A stretch of 64,000 nucleotides of DNA. It comes from Epiperipatus broadwayi. Its lineage: Eukaryota > Animalia > Onychophora. Of the stretch, positions 13,793 to 26,495 are shown piece after piece; position 1 is the first letter of the stretch; each line of letters opens with the position of its first letter. The stretch is taken from the NCBI GenBank assembly GCA_028023455.1, contig JAQFVV010000001.1:15128001-15192000 (forward strand). The letters are read 5' to 3'. The notes below the pieces were generated by a model. That model made no database searches. It saw nothing but the letters and a program-made list of their open reading frames with translations, and was not told the DNA's origin. The position numbers and the translations under genes were made by a program.

Positions 13793-15109
13793 CTGTTAAA
13801 AGTTAAACATTAGCTTTTAAAACATTGAGTTTACTTCAGCAATAGTAGTTACATATTTATAAATGTCTGGTTTATATAAACAATGAATAAGGTCATTGAT
13901 GTTAAAAATTTTAATATAGGCTGTTGTTAAAAAGATTGTCAAAAAAAAAAAAAGTCTAAGATTTATATTAGCTGAAACATTAAACTGAAAAATCCTTGCC
14001 CCTCCCACATCTCCAGATCTCTCTTCTTCAACTCTAGAAGAAATCATGTAAGCATTAAGTACAATATGTATCAACACAATCATTCTTCCAATTAGTTTCT
14101 AATTAAATGATCTTCTAGTAGAAGACACTAGATTTGTCCTGTTGTAGCTACCATTAACTATCTAGCTATCTAAAACTAAATGTTTGAAAAGTAACCTCTC
14201 AAAGATTTTGAATCAAAGCCAGTTTATTTATTGTAATTATATAGGTCTGACTACGTTTAGTAACTATAGTGATATCAGTTTTAAACTAACTGTAGTCAAC
14301 TTTGACAAAGTGAAAAAACCATGCAAATGCACAAAAGTCTTTTCGCAAAAAAAACACAGAAAGCAGAAATAACATCTAGCTTCAATACCACATAGATTTC
14401 TTTGACTGAACTCATTAATTGTTATGATTTCAAAAATTGAAAGAGATGTCGTTGTATCAATTAATGTAAGCTGGTAAAAAATTTAGGGAATATTTATAAT
14501 TTTTTAATAATCTTTATTGACAAAGACTAAAACTAATATCACTAAAACATACAGCTGCTGATCCAGTATCAGAACTACATAAGTTGGTTACTTTAAGATT
14601 AACAACCTTAGAATGTTTGAATTTTCACATCATTAGTTTGGAAAATTGAGATAAAAGATAATCAGTAAATAGAAAACAATATCTAATAACTTCTAAAAAG
14701 TCAATTAGCCAGAAATTTTCAAAAGTGTTTGAACATACTATCATTAAGAGTCCATAAATTTTACTCATCACATAAATTGTAAGAGTTTAAAGAACGATGT
14801 CATTAATTTAAACTATATTGTTCATAAAAAATCTTAAATAACTCGTGCTTTAAATTTTAGGTGCTTAATGGATAACACATCACTAGCCAATAAAAAATCA
14901 TAATGAAATTTCATATAACACAGAATAATATTTTCTTTCAAGTAGGAAAAAAAGCCTAATGACTCTAAAAGTTATATGGTTGCATTAAACATAGGCTTTA
15001 AAAAAATCATTCTATAAACAGTTCTCGGTATTTTGAAATTCAATAAGGTATTATATTTTTATACCATAGCTGGCCACTTAATGGCGTTATATACAGTTTA
15101 AAACAAATA

Positions 15110-16191
15110 CACCTGGGTCTCGTTTTACGCGATAGATAGGTTCTCCTCAGAAAACATGTGCAAACGAAATCGCGCAAAAATAGACGTAACTTACATTGAA
15201 AAAGGGGGAATGTGGTCTGTGATTTTCAAAATTCGCGTAAAAGCAAAGCACCAATGTAAAATTACTTTAAAATTCGCGCAAAAAAAATATAAGGAAATAA
15301 AATATGACTAATTAAAAATTTCAAATTTAAAAAAAATTGATACAAGACAAACTTTTTTTAACTATAATATTTAATTTTATTCAAAATAATATATTTTTAT
15401 GCATAATTTACAGTACAGTAATTTACATTTTTTATACACGTTTTAATTATTATAGTTATTTGCCGAAAAACACGTTTGTTTGCAAACAACTAGCACCAAT
15501 TCACACTCATGTTGTAGCAATGGTTTTCTGGTGACAACGTAATTAGTAATTAATCTTTGAGACGATGATTTTATTAATTGTTTATGAAACTAACAACTAA
15601 AAATTAAATTCTTATTTTTGTCCTTAATTTTCAATTCGGTTTAAAAATCAAATTTCACATTAATTTCAAGTCGCAGTAAGTAATTTTTAAATTGTTAATT
15701 ACAATTAAAAATCAGATTTTAATTTTTAATTGTCAAATTTAATTATGCCCACTGCTATTACTGACCTTTTAAAAATAAACTTGTGGACACTAAATGATTA
15801 ATAATTGATTACGTTCTTTTTTAAAAAGCAAAAACAGAATGTGATTTAAAATGCAAAATTAACATGTACGTTTGAACAAATTTACATTATAATCTTGTAA
15901 AATTTAATGTGTGTATACATAAAATGTGGAAATTATGGTTTTAATTTCATTATTGCATAAAATCTTACTATTATAAAGCACTGAAAATATTGAAATTACT
16001 AAGATGAAAGTCGAATTCCAATAATGTGCTATTACTTTTAATATAACGTAAGTGCGCGAAATTTATTATTTAAAGTAATAGCGCATTATCGGAGTTCATA
16101 CACGTGGGTCTCTTTTTACGCGGTGGTGAAACACGAATCGCGTAACTTCAAAATCGTGTTAAATAAGTCCACGTAAAAAGAGACCCAGGTA
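15110..16191 (+). mobile_element. pogo/Tigger-type (Tc1/mariner) non-autonomous element D, copy 1
   Basis: TIRs CACCTGGGTCTCGTTTTACG / CGTAAAAAGAGACCCAGGTA, TA at both flanks (15108-09, 16192-93), second copy at 20343-21482. Confidence 0.85.
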
Positions 16192-16309
16192 TATAACATT
16201 ACCTAGCTGGCCTTTCTTTATTGTCTGATTTTTCTGATATATATAAAAAAGAAAGTCTAAATTAATTTATCTACTTATTTTTTATTGGAAACGTCAGATA
16301 GGGTGTAAA

Positions 16310-16580
16310 ATCATTACTTGGAATGTACATTTCAAGAATTATGGCCAGTTGATTTCTTTATACCCTCACATGATCCGGTAGCGATCTGTGAAATGTGCAC
16401 ATTTGCATAGTTTAGCGAAGCACATCAGCTGGCTGTAAAATTGGTATGCAACGACATCTAGGCCTGCAATGGCGAATATGAACATGAACAGAACTGTTCT
16501 AGCAGGCCGTAAGTTTGGCTGTGTAAATAGCATTTTTATGTGTTTTTGCACATTAAAAGCGCTGTCAAGCAGGTGGTATT
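16310..16580 (+). repeat. Unclassified interspersed repeat G, copy 1
   Basis: Colinear similarity to 39705-40020 (cattactt.gaatg.acatt.caagaattatgg...gtgaaatgtg..catttgcatag...gcgaagcacatc). Confidence 0.75.
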
Positions 16581-17789
16581 GTCTAAAAATAGAGTACCTT
16601 CAATAATTACCCCAAGTTAAACTTTAAATGTACATGAATGTTATTTTTTATAGGTCATAGATGTTCAAGTCTATGGTATTTGGTATGTTATTACAACTTT
16701 CAAATCTAGTCTTAGAAACACAAAATGCATAGCAGGATTCTATCTTACAGAACTGAGATTTTTTTGAACATAATAAATTCACTTCTGCTAAATAAAATAA
16801 ATACATTCTTCCTTTGATTGTCTTCTCACTACTTTGCCGAATTAAATTTACTATTTTCAATTGCCAATTCACTGTAAAAAATTTATTATTCAAATCATTT
16901 TTCATTCTTTCTGACTAATGACTTTGAACTCTTGCATATAAATCCACTATTACTGTTCATAAGGGTATCTAAAATATCCTCAACTTTTTGCTCTTCTTTT
17001 CATTTAAATTTCTACTATTAATATTATCATTTATTAATTATTAAAACTATTTCATCTCAACTTAATTTCCAGACTTAGATTAAGCCAGAGTCAAAGTTAG
17101 AATAATAGCTTTATTTTATATTGCTCTGTATGACTTATCTCAGTGGTGACTCAGACGTTAAAAGATTCCTAGACAAATACTTCGATGAATAAAATAAAAA
17201 ATTAACAAACCAAATTGTTTAGTTAAATGAAAGTAACTGCTATAATCAAAGTCAAATATCTTTCGACAACATTACAATTTTATTTATTTTTATTTATATG
17301 AATATAAATAAAAAATTGATTAAAAGGTACTTGTAATAAAACCTTTAAATTGCAATTAGTCAAGATAGATTATGCAGATTAAGAATTTATAATCAACTAT
17401 AAATTATTTACAAAAAAACAATGAATATTAATCCTACACAGCATTAATTAGAAATGCTCAAATGTTTATTTGCCTGTACAATTAGGAAAAACAAATTCAA
17501 GTTTTTCTAAATATGTAATTATGTTGTTAAATAAAAAAGTTAATATATATATTTTAATATTATTTTCAGTTTGAATACTACAAATAAATAATGAATTGTA
17601 TTATTAGTCAAAAAATATATACCAACGAATGTACGTAATTCTAATTCTATTGTTTAATAATAATTATTAAATTCAAAGTCAGTATTAGAGCATAAAATTT
17701 TCATTTTTTGTATGTAGATCAACAAGCAAGAATGTGAGTCTTATTTTGGATGTTATATATATATAACTTAAACATTACAAGCATAAAGC

Positions 17790-18125
17790 TAAACTAGTCA
17801 ATATATAATTAAAATTACCCTAAATCCAAAATTCAACTAGACCAGCATAAAAATAATATTAAAACACAACCAAAGGTTTCACTGCTACAAGCAGACTTCT
17901 CAAGTGTAAAGAACTACAAAAACTACACAATATATATATATATAATATTAAACATTACCCACAAATCCATTCACTTCCCATCCACCCTTAATATTAAAAA
18001 AACTCTTAAGTCAATTGCTTCAGAATAATAAATTTTCAATAATAAAGATTCTTTGGTTGTGTTTTAACATTATTTTTATGCTGGTCTGTTTAAATTTTGG
18101 ATTTGGAGTAATTTTAATTATATAT
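17790..18125. mobile_element. Family E locus with inverted partial duplication
   Basis: About 17795-17874 and 18046-18125 are imperfect reverse complements. The right arm begins in HHR stem III, just before the cleavage site. Confidence 0.7.
17864..17907 (-). ncRNA. Type I hammerhead ribozyme, U3-A8 core variant (family E)
   Basis: ACAC UUGAGAA GU CUGCU-UGU-AGCAG U GAAA CC UUU GG UU / GUGU. Shows compensatory changes against the 61710-61758 copy. Confidence 0.75.
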
Positions 18126-18134
18126 AACTTAAAT

Positions 18135-18262
18135 ATGTTATATATAGAGCTCGCAAATAAGCTCTTAACAGCTTTGCAAAATATCCCCAACCACCAGACC
18201 GGTCTCTGGGGATATTCTGCACAGCTTGTTAAGAATTTATTTGCGAGTCCTATATATAACAT
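18135..18262. repeat. 128-nt imperfect hairpin (MITE-like or pre-miRNA-like)
   Basis: atgttatatatag..ctcgcaaataa..cttaaca..gc.aaatatcccca / tggggatatt..gc..tgttaag..ttatttgcgag..ctatatataacat with a loop of about 17 nt. Confidence 0.85.
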
Positions 18263-18649
18263 TTGTAATACAAGCTTGTTAAATTAAGTTACATGACATC
18301 ATATTCTTTGTACATCAAATATGTTATATATAACACATATAAGTTACATATAACTTTTTATATATATAAGTTATATATTATTCCCTAAAGATTAATGATT
18401 ATCTATTATTAGTACACATTTGATTCAAGTTATTTCATTCAATTTTTTACAAAAAAAAATATCTATAACTGTAATACCGATAAAAATTAAGAATTGGAAA
18501 ATGACAAAAATTGTGGCAATATGCTGGGAAATAAATTATAGAAAGTAAAAGGGAATGTTTTATTTATGCAGAATATTTAACAATTAGAGCTAAGAAAGAG
18601 TCCATTAATATATTTATGAAAAAATACTGATTATTTATATAAACATATA

Positions 18650-18780
18650 AAGCCTTTGTCAGATAGTTATTATTTATATCTGCCTGTCATGACCAGAAGC
18701 TAGGGTTCTAATCTGGATGAAATTTGAAAATTTTCAGATTTCATTTGCCTACTTAAAATTCTTTCACATAGTTGGTTCAT
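18650..18780 (+). mobile_element. Possible decayed tRNA-derived SINE head
   Basis: tctgcctgtcatgaccagaagctaGGGTTCTAATCtgg resembles an anticodon arm plus B-box. No clear A-box. Confidence 0.3.
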
Positions 18781-18869
18781 AATCAATTTAGCTGGCAATA
18801 CAATTATGGATAGATAAACATTTTAACTAAAGAAAAGTAATACAAAAAGAAAAAATCATAAACTCTCAC

Positions 18870-18947
18870 CATTTGACTAGTCCCATAAATAGATTTTTCC
18901 ATTATCATTTCTCTGTAGAATTCCAGACATCTTTGCCCTGAAGTGAG
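18870..18947 (-). other. Probable upstream exon (78 nt) of the minus-strand host gene; coding status uncertain
   Basis: Acceptor ttttctaacag, donor gtgaga, ends in ATG. Frame 0 is open (LTSGQRCLEFYREMIMEKSIYGTSQM) but is not phase-compatible with 13792 without an intervening exon. Confidence 0.4.
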
Positions 18948-19538
18948 CTGTTAGAAAACTATTTATCATTTATAGATTGGTTTATAGCACATAAATTTAT
19001 TATTAAAAAAAGGCTACAGTATATTACGTTTTTATGTACCCGACTTCCTTTTTAGAAAATTCTGCAAATTTCAAGTACAATGTGCTCAAATCATATATAA
19101 AGTTCAACATAGTAGTTTATATATAGTGTATAAAAAGTATTGTAAAAATATATTTTAGTTTAATAAATGAATTTAATATACAATCTAAATCTGAGTCCAA
19201 GTAATTTAATTCACTAACAACAGTAATAGGAGTTTTGTAAATTTTGAGTTCAATATTACTACTATATTTAGTATTTCTTATGCAAGAGCTTGCTCAAAGT
19301 TTTATTAATAATTAATAAACATATCAAAAGAGTCACATCATCTAATGTTTCACTAATGATCATAATTGTATAGTAAGAGAGACAATATGATCATAAATTT
19401 TATTGTGTCTTCAGCAAATAAATGTTGATAAGTTATAATAAGCAAAAAATGTTTTGTTTTTGTATTGTTTCTGGAGATTTAAAAAATATAATAGTAATTT
19501 TTGACTTCATTAACTATTGCTACTGAAAGTAAACATAT

Positions 19539-20330
19539 AAAAACAGGCAAAACTCTCCATACAGTAGTGCCACTCAGTGCAAGCCAGAGTAATCAATGGA
19601 TGCCAGAAGGCTTGTGCATAAAATCTCTATCTAGTGCCTTCTCATCCAATATCCCCAGACTAGTTTCTAGCTTGTGACTTTCGTCACTGAGAAGCCTCGG
19701 ATCTGAGAGCACTGCACCTAGATCTTACGATCTAATGTAACCTTCCAGCAGCCACCTTTTATCTCTATTTAACTATGAAACTAAAATTGAAACACAATAA
19801 TATTTTCAATCTAAGCTCATTAGCTTATATAGTCATATAGATCTGAACTCAGTTCAGTACCCATACATTTTGGTGTCTTTGGTTCTTTAATACCATAGTC
19901 ACCATCATCCTATTAGGCAGGATTGGTATTAAACCACTAAACATCACATGATCACCATTTCTTATACTTGGTCATAACTGTTGTTGGTTTAATACCAATC
20001 CTGCCTAATAGGGTAGGTTATTAAAGAACCAAAGACACCAAAATGTACGGGTATTGAACTGAGTTTAGATCTATATGACTATATAAGCTAATGAGCTTAG
20101 ATTAAAAATATTATTATGTTTTCAATTTTAGTCTCATAATTTTGTAGTTAAGTAGAGGTAAAAGGAGGCTGCTGGAGGGTTGCATTAGACCCTAAGATCT
20201 AGGTGCAGTGCTCTCAGATCGAAGGCTCCTCACTGACCAAAGCTATTGGATGAGTAGGCACTAGTATATAGAAAGTTTTACCTGTTTTAATAACAGTTAT
20301 GAGCACGCATAAAAAATGGTGATCATGTGA
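19539..20330. mobile_element. Family A: full monomer of about 445 bp (minus) joined to an inverted partial monomer (plus); HHR at 19652-19693
   Basis: The left arm (19539-19936) and right arm (19985-20330) are reverse complements. Minus HHR: UUCUCA GUGACGA AAGU-CACAA-GCUA GAAAC UA GUC / UGGGGA (C3 mutated). Confidence 0.85.
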
Positions 20331-20628
20331 AGTAAACATATACATCTTGGTCTCTTTTTACACGGACTTATTTAACACGATTTTGAAGTTACGCGATTTG
20401 TGTTTCACCGGAAGTCGATTTCCGATAATGTGCTATTACTTTAAATAATAAATTTCACGCACTTACGTTATATTGAAAGTAATAGCACATTATTGGAATT
20501 CGACTTTCATCTTAGTAATTTCAATATTTTCAGTGCTTTATAATAGTAAGATTTTATCCAATAATGAAATTAAAATCATGATTTCCACATTTTATGTATA
20601 CACACATTAAATTTTACAAGATTATAAT

Positions 20629-20890
20629 AACTGAAACACAGGCTTGTTATATACCTATGGCTATATATATGTAATATAGGGTATATGAGCACAGACTTTC
20701 ACACCACCCACCTCTCTCCACTCTATCTAATAACACTGATACACCTAAACACATATATGCTGAAAAGATAAATAATCACCAATATACGTATTTCATGCTA
20801 AACCAGCAATCATCAGTTAGTCCAGACTATCATCTTTACACACATATATAGTATAAGTGCTCAGATATATATTAAGATAGACTATCCTCA
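20629..20890 (-). mobile_element. Family C insertion inside element D, TATAAT target duplication
   Basis: Absent from D copy 1. TATAAT at 20623-28 and 20891-96. Homologous to 61020-61250 and 62592-62830. Confidence 0.8.
20778..20821 (-). ncRNA. Minimal type I hammerhead ribozyme (family C), intact core
   Basis: ACUAA CUGAUGA U UGCU-GGUUU-AGCA U GAAA U ACGU AUA / UUGGU. Stem III palindrome AUACGUAU. Confidence 0.8.
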
Positions 20891-21489
20891 TATAATGTAA
20901 ATTTGTTCAAACATTGTGCGTGTTAATTTTGCATTTTAAATCACATTCTGTTTTTGCTTTTTAAAAAAGAACGTAATCAATTATTATTTTCTTATTAATG
21001 ACACTAATCATTAACGTGCTCTTAAATTCCAACAAGAGCTAAATGGTTGTATGTCTGGATATCGCGAGCTTCGTAAACAATTAATAAAATCATCGTCTCA
21101 AAGATTAATTACTAATTACGTTGTCACCAGAAAATCATAATAATTAAAGCGTGTATTAAAAAAATGTAAATTACTGTACTGTAAATTATGCATAAAAATA
21201 TATTATTTTGAATAAAATTAAATATTATAGTTAAAAAAAGTTTTTCTTGTATCAATTTTTTTCAAATTTGAAATTTTTTATTAGTCATATTTTATTTCCT
21301 TATTTTTTTTTTTGCGCGAATTTTAAAGTAATTTTACGTTGGTGCTTTGCTTTTACGCGAATTTTGAAAAATCACAGACCGCATCCCCCCCTTTTCAATG
21401 TAAGTTACATCTATTTTTGCGCAATTTCGTTTGCACGTGTTTTCTGAGGAACCTATCTATCGCGTAAAATGAGACCCAGGTGTACATCA

Positions 21490-21640
21490 AATAATTCTAA
21501 TTTTTTTTGTTAATAATGTCATGATTAATTCCATCAAATGCTTTAGAAAAGTCAACAGTAAAAGAATTATTCTTTAATTGGAAAGTCATATGATGTTCAA
21601 GTACTAAAACTGATAGAGTCGAACTGTGATCCATAGATTT
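21490..21640 (-). pseudogene. LINE reverse transcriptase fragment
   Basis: Open frame HSSTLSVLVLEHH...FTVDFSKAFDGINHDIINKKI (DFSKAFD motif). Cut off by element D copy 2. Confidence 0.8.
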
Positions 21641-21696
21641 TTAATTTCAGAGTCTCCCATTATACCACAGCACTAAATCATGCACAAAAAAAAGTT

Positions 21697-23066
21697 GGTT
21701 GTTTTACAATAGCATGTTGAAACCACCGGAGGGCGTTATTTTTGTGATAATGCACAGAAATATGCCATTTAGGTGGCCTACCACCGCTAGCGAGCGTTCT
21801 ATTTCTAATGCATAAGCCTAGAAATAATCCGTTCGGTACGGGGTGGCTGCTTGTGTCTATTTCTACGCTAATGCACAGAAACATGACATTGAATCTGCCA
21901 CAGAAGCTATCGTGTCAGCTTACAGCTCAGATTTGTGCTAAGCATTTTCGATGTGCGATCACATTTCACTTTTGGCTACAGTATCAGGTGAGGGTGTCTG
22001 GAATTTCGATTGTCAAAACTATTTTAATATTCATTAAGACCACCTCCCCCTCTAACTGCCGTTTTTTAGGAATGTCTACTAACAATTATCAGCAGAGTCT
22101 CATGTTTCTCTAGCCCCCATTTCCTGCTCAAAAAATTCGGTAAGTGTAGGTTCCAGCGCGAGTCAGATGAAATCACGCTCTAAGTTCCGCTTCTGCAAGA
22201 ACAACAGCGAGCTTCATCAAATGGCTGAAATCGGAAAACTTGCTGCGAATGTCAAAGATTCTCTGACTGCTGCTGCTGGAAACGGGTTATCAAACAAGAG
22301 CTTTGAAGCTGCATGTGTGCTGTTCCTGAACAGCCCTAAAAGTTGCTTTTAATTGCCGTAAATATATTTATGTGGGGTTTTGGTAATTACGGTAAAAAGT
22401 TGGTCAACCTTCGAGTCGGAGCTTTACGTTCGCTTAGGAATTGTAACCACTCACCCCCACCATCTTTCCCAAAATTGGACCTTTTGGTTGTAAATGTTTG
22501 GTACCGTTAAATGGAAATTGATTTGGTATTTGTAATTTATTATAAAACAACAAAAATATAAAAAAAAAAAGAAGCTGATTTTGTCGTAGAATACCCAACC
22601 ACCGCCATTAAAAAAATGTAAGTAATGAGAAAGAATAAAAAGTAACTACTTTTTAAAATTCATTTCGATCGATGTACCCTTTTTTTTTGTTTGTTTGTTT
22701 TCGTTCCAAAAATTGTTATTTGATAGATAGTAGTTTTGGTTAAATGTGATCAACAAAATCAAAAACATACATATAAAAAAAAAAAAAAAGAATTCCTGCC
22801 CCCCCCCCCCCCAAATATAAGTAATGAAAAGAATAACAAAAAAAAAAAAAAAATTAAGTACTTTTTTAAATTCAATTTTTTGATTTCTGCATATTTTTTT
22901 TTTATTTGTTGTTGTTGTTGCGTATTCCAAAATTTATTTGATATTACTTTACTTTGAAATGTGATAATAAACAAACCCGACGGCGGCCCTGTAAACATTA
23001 TATTTATCTTTGTTTACAAACAAAGCCCACCCTCCGACGGTTTCATCACGCTATTGTAAAACAACC
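21697..23066. mobile_element. Non-autonomous DNA transposon with 37-bp TIRs, GG termini and 7-bp TSD
   Basis: TIR GGTTGTTTTACAATAGCRTGWTGAAACCRYCGGAGGG at 21697-21733 and 23030-23066 (4 mismatches). AAAAGTT on both flanks. Confidence 0.85.
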
Positions 23067-26000
23067 AAAAAGTTAATAAATTTCACAATATATAAAAAGA
23101 AACCATTTTCATGTTGTGATCAAGAATTTTTCAGCAATAGTTCTGTAGTTAGAATGAATACTTACTTATATGATGAACAAACCGTTTAATTAAATCTTAT
23201 ATTTTCACCGTCACAAATAAGTTTTCTTCATAAACAAATTATTAAAAAAAATATTCCAGACTGAAAATTGAAATAATAAATTTAAAACAGTAAAAACAGG
23301 TCTATCCGATTAAGATATTTATATTTTAAAGACATAAAAAAATGCTTATTTAAAACATTGGCAATGTTATTAAAACTAGAGTAAAACTCACTGTTATAAA
23401 TATATTCTGAAATTAAGATTATCATGCTTATTAAGAATTGTCTGTAAAATAATAGTGAAGTAATAATATCTTTAATTTTGTTTTGATTTAATTAGTAAGA
23501 TTCTTTTACTAAAGTTCAAAGAAATTTCAAGTTTACATTGTCATATGTTTAACAATAATATCCCACTTGAGAGATTTAGTCTTTAAAATTGATAACCATT
23601 CCACTTTATTCATTAAATATTATTTTTTTCAAAAGAATAGAATAATCATAATATAAATTTTATTTGGATATCTAAACTTGCATAAAAATTAAATTGTGAT
23701 CTGTAAAAAGGGTATTTGATATTCCAGATTTCAAAATCACTGAAACTAATAATTTCTGATAACTAATTCGAAAAATTTAATTAATTTTTTGTTCTATAAA
23801 AGAATGAAAATAGTAAATTATTTCACCGAGACTAGATTAACAATTTTGAATCTCAATTCATCTGCAGTAAAATTTACAAACTACAACAATTACATGACTT
23901 AATTTGGGTAATAAAAAGTCTTATTTCCAAAATAAATTATCATGCTGTTATTAATTATTTCTCAGAAAAGGCATTAAAATTTAACAAAAATTTAATAATA
24001 ATTATCCAACTTTATCAATTTTGAAGAAAGTCCTTGGATAATCAACTATGCAAAAACAAAAAAAAAAAATTCATCAAAATCAGCAGATAATTATTTATTA
24101 AATCAATTTCTAATTCAAATCTGAAAAATTAACAAATATGCAAAATACAAAGAAATGCTATTAATATATTTAGTTAGCTTGTAAAACCTTAACTTATTGC
24201 ATTTAAATATTCAGTAATTTTTTTTTTTTTTTGCCATATATCATTTAATCAAAATCCTAATTCCTAGTTACATCAATCTAAATTTGACAGTAAAGTTAAC
24301 AGATTTATGCATAATATCAAACATTACAAAATTTCATCAGCTTAAAATAAAATAGGACCACATAAGCAATTAATAAATCAATGGATTTTTGAAGGTTTTT
24401 ATAATGGTATGACAGATGCCACTATTATCTAATTAGTATTTATCATTTTTTCCCCTTAAAAGTATAAAAACTGCATCAATTTAATCTATAATTAAGATTA
24501 TTAAAATATAGTTGTTAAACTAGTGTAAGATCTATATAGTTATAGGTTTTACATTTTGCATATTTGTAATTTCAAGACATTAACTTGAAACAGAAAAATA
24601 AAATGTGAATCACTACCCCCAAAATTATAAATCAAAACGGAAACTAATTACAGATGTTTGTTATACATTGAGTGACAGCAAAGTCTTACAACTTCTGAAA
24701 TGAGATTACTGGTGTCTATATTCTATATGTGATAACTATTGCTTTTTAAAATTTGTTTTAATAATTGGCTTTAATTATTGAATTTCTATTTTTAATTTTA
24801 CAATATAAATATAATAATAATGGGTTTATGTTTGTGTGCAGCAATGTTTATATATATTTATTATAAATTAATAATAAATACTTACATTTAATAATCTCAT
24901 AACTTGAAAATGTTAATACTCCTTGAATATGCATATTATTTTCCAAAAATACAGCTAAAAATAAAAATATATACTCGTAAATATGAATTTATAAAATACC
25001 AAATATTTTATTAATATTATTAATACTGGTACTTTCAATAAACTAAAAGACTAATTAATATATAATTAATATGAATATAAGATTCAACTGATGTGATTAA
25101 TAAAATTAGAAAAGCATTAAAGTAAAAATCTTATTTTTTTATAATTAAAACACATACTGCATAATAAGCATTCAGACTTAAGTAACCAAGAAATGTTTTG
25201 AAAATCAAAACCTATCTCATAAAAATACCAATATTTTAGAGCAGCAACCATTTCAGTTTGTTAAATAAAAAAAGTTTTGTAGTACTCTGTGGATCTATAT
25301 ATAGATATACAGCACCCTTAGAAAGTTTTATGATATGAAGTAAATCTGCTTAGATAAATCTGAATTTTGACAGAAGTAATTTTTTCATTCACTAGAAACT
25401 TCTTTCCTTTTATAATTATAATGCAAAACTATCAAAAATAACAGACACAAATAAAACATTTTAAATTATTTAATGTCTTAATAAATCAAAACTACTTTCA
25501 TCATCATATTTTTCATGATTACTATGTTATTGTCCAATGATTAATTAGTTTGACAATATAAACAAGCAATAGTGATTTTTAGATACTTTGTCAAAAGTAA
25601 CATATTTTAAGTGAATGTCTGTCTGACAAATAAATAGCAGTCATATCATTTGGTTAAAAAAAAAAAAACAACAACTTTAATCTTGATCATGTGAAAGACA
25701 AAAATAAATAATTATTGTTTTGCTTTTGATTAGAAAGTTATTATTTTGGTTTTTTTTTTTTTTTTGATGTAGTTGTGAAGTTGCACCAAATCATGAACAT
25801 ATCAAAATTTTATTGAGAAGCTCGATAAAGGAATAGATTCTACTCATGTCATTAAATACTTTATTGTATAAAACACAGAGCAAAAAAAAAAAAAAATGTT
25901 TTTATATTACAGCCACATAAACACTGCTATTAGAACATCATCAGATGCTATTATAGGTTGGAGCAAAAAAATAATAAACTACTACTACGGGTGGGTGAAC

Positions 26001-26199
26001 ATTGGATGAATTACTTTAAAAAAATCTATAGAATTACCTTTTGAGCAAGAAGCAGCTAAAAAACGATATTAATCATAAAGTATGAATTTTCGAAATCTAA
26101 AATAAAAATATTTTCATTACTAAATGAAATCATTACAAATCAGGAGATTTTTTTTCTTATCATATTTTTGTCACTTTGTGTAAGCTTTAGAACCAATAG

Positions 26200-26495
26200 A
26201 TTAGAGATGATAGTGCTTATTAAATCTTTATCCAATGCTGTATTAGCTAATATCCCCAGATTAATTTCTATCTTATGATTTTCATCAATGAGAAGCTTTT
26301 GGATCTGAGAGCAGTTCATCTGATCTTTAGGATACATACAATCATCTTTTAGCAGCCATCGTTCACTTCTTTGTTTTATCAAGCTAATAACACAAATTGA
26401 AAAATATAATATGTTCAATTCAGCTCCTCATTGATGAAAACCATAAGCTAGTTATTAGTATATTAGATGAAACAACACTGGATAGGGATTTAATA
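26200..26495. mobile_element. Family A inverted pair (minus about 26225-26370, plus about 26422-26495), decayed HHRs
   Basis: Minus: UUCUCA UUGAUGA AAAU-CAUAA-GAUA GAAAU UA AUC / UGGGGA (26253-26294). Plus: gctcctcattgatgaaaaccataagctag. Confidence 0.75.

Larger units (their letters stand above)
20343..21482 (-). mobile_element. Element D copy 2, inverted relative to copy 1 and interrupted by family C
   Basis: Same TIRs, TA flanks at 20341-42 and 21483-84, reverse-complement match to 15110-16191. Confidence 0.85.

Noticed and set aside
16749-16787. 39-nt candidate exon (minus; tttag / gtaaga)
   Set aside because: Phase-compatible with 13792, but such sites are common in AT-rich DNA and it does not resolve the join to 18870.
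18015-18287. Overlapping ORFs on both strands
   Set aside because: Artefact of the palindromic DNA.
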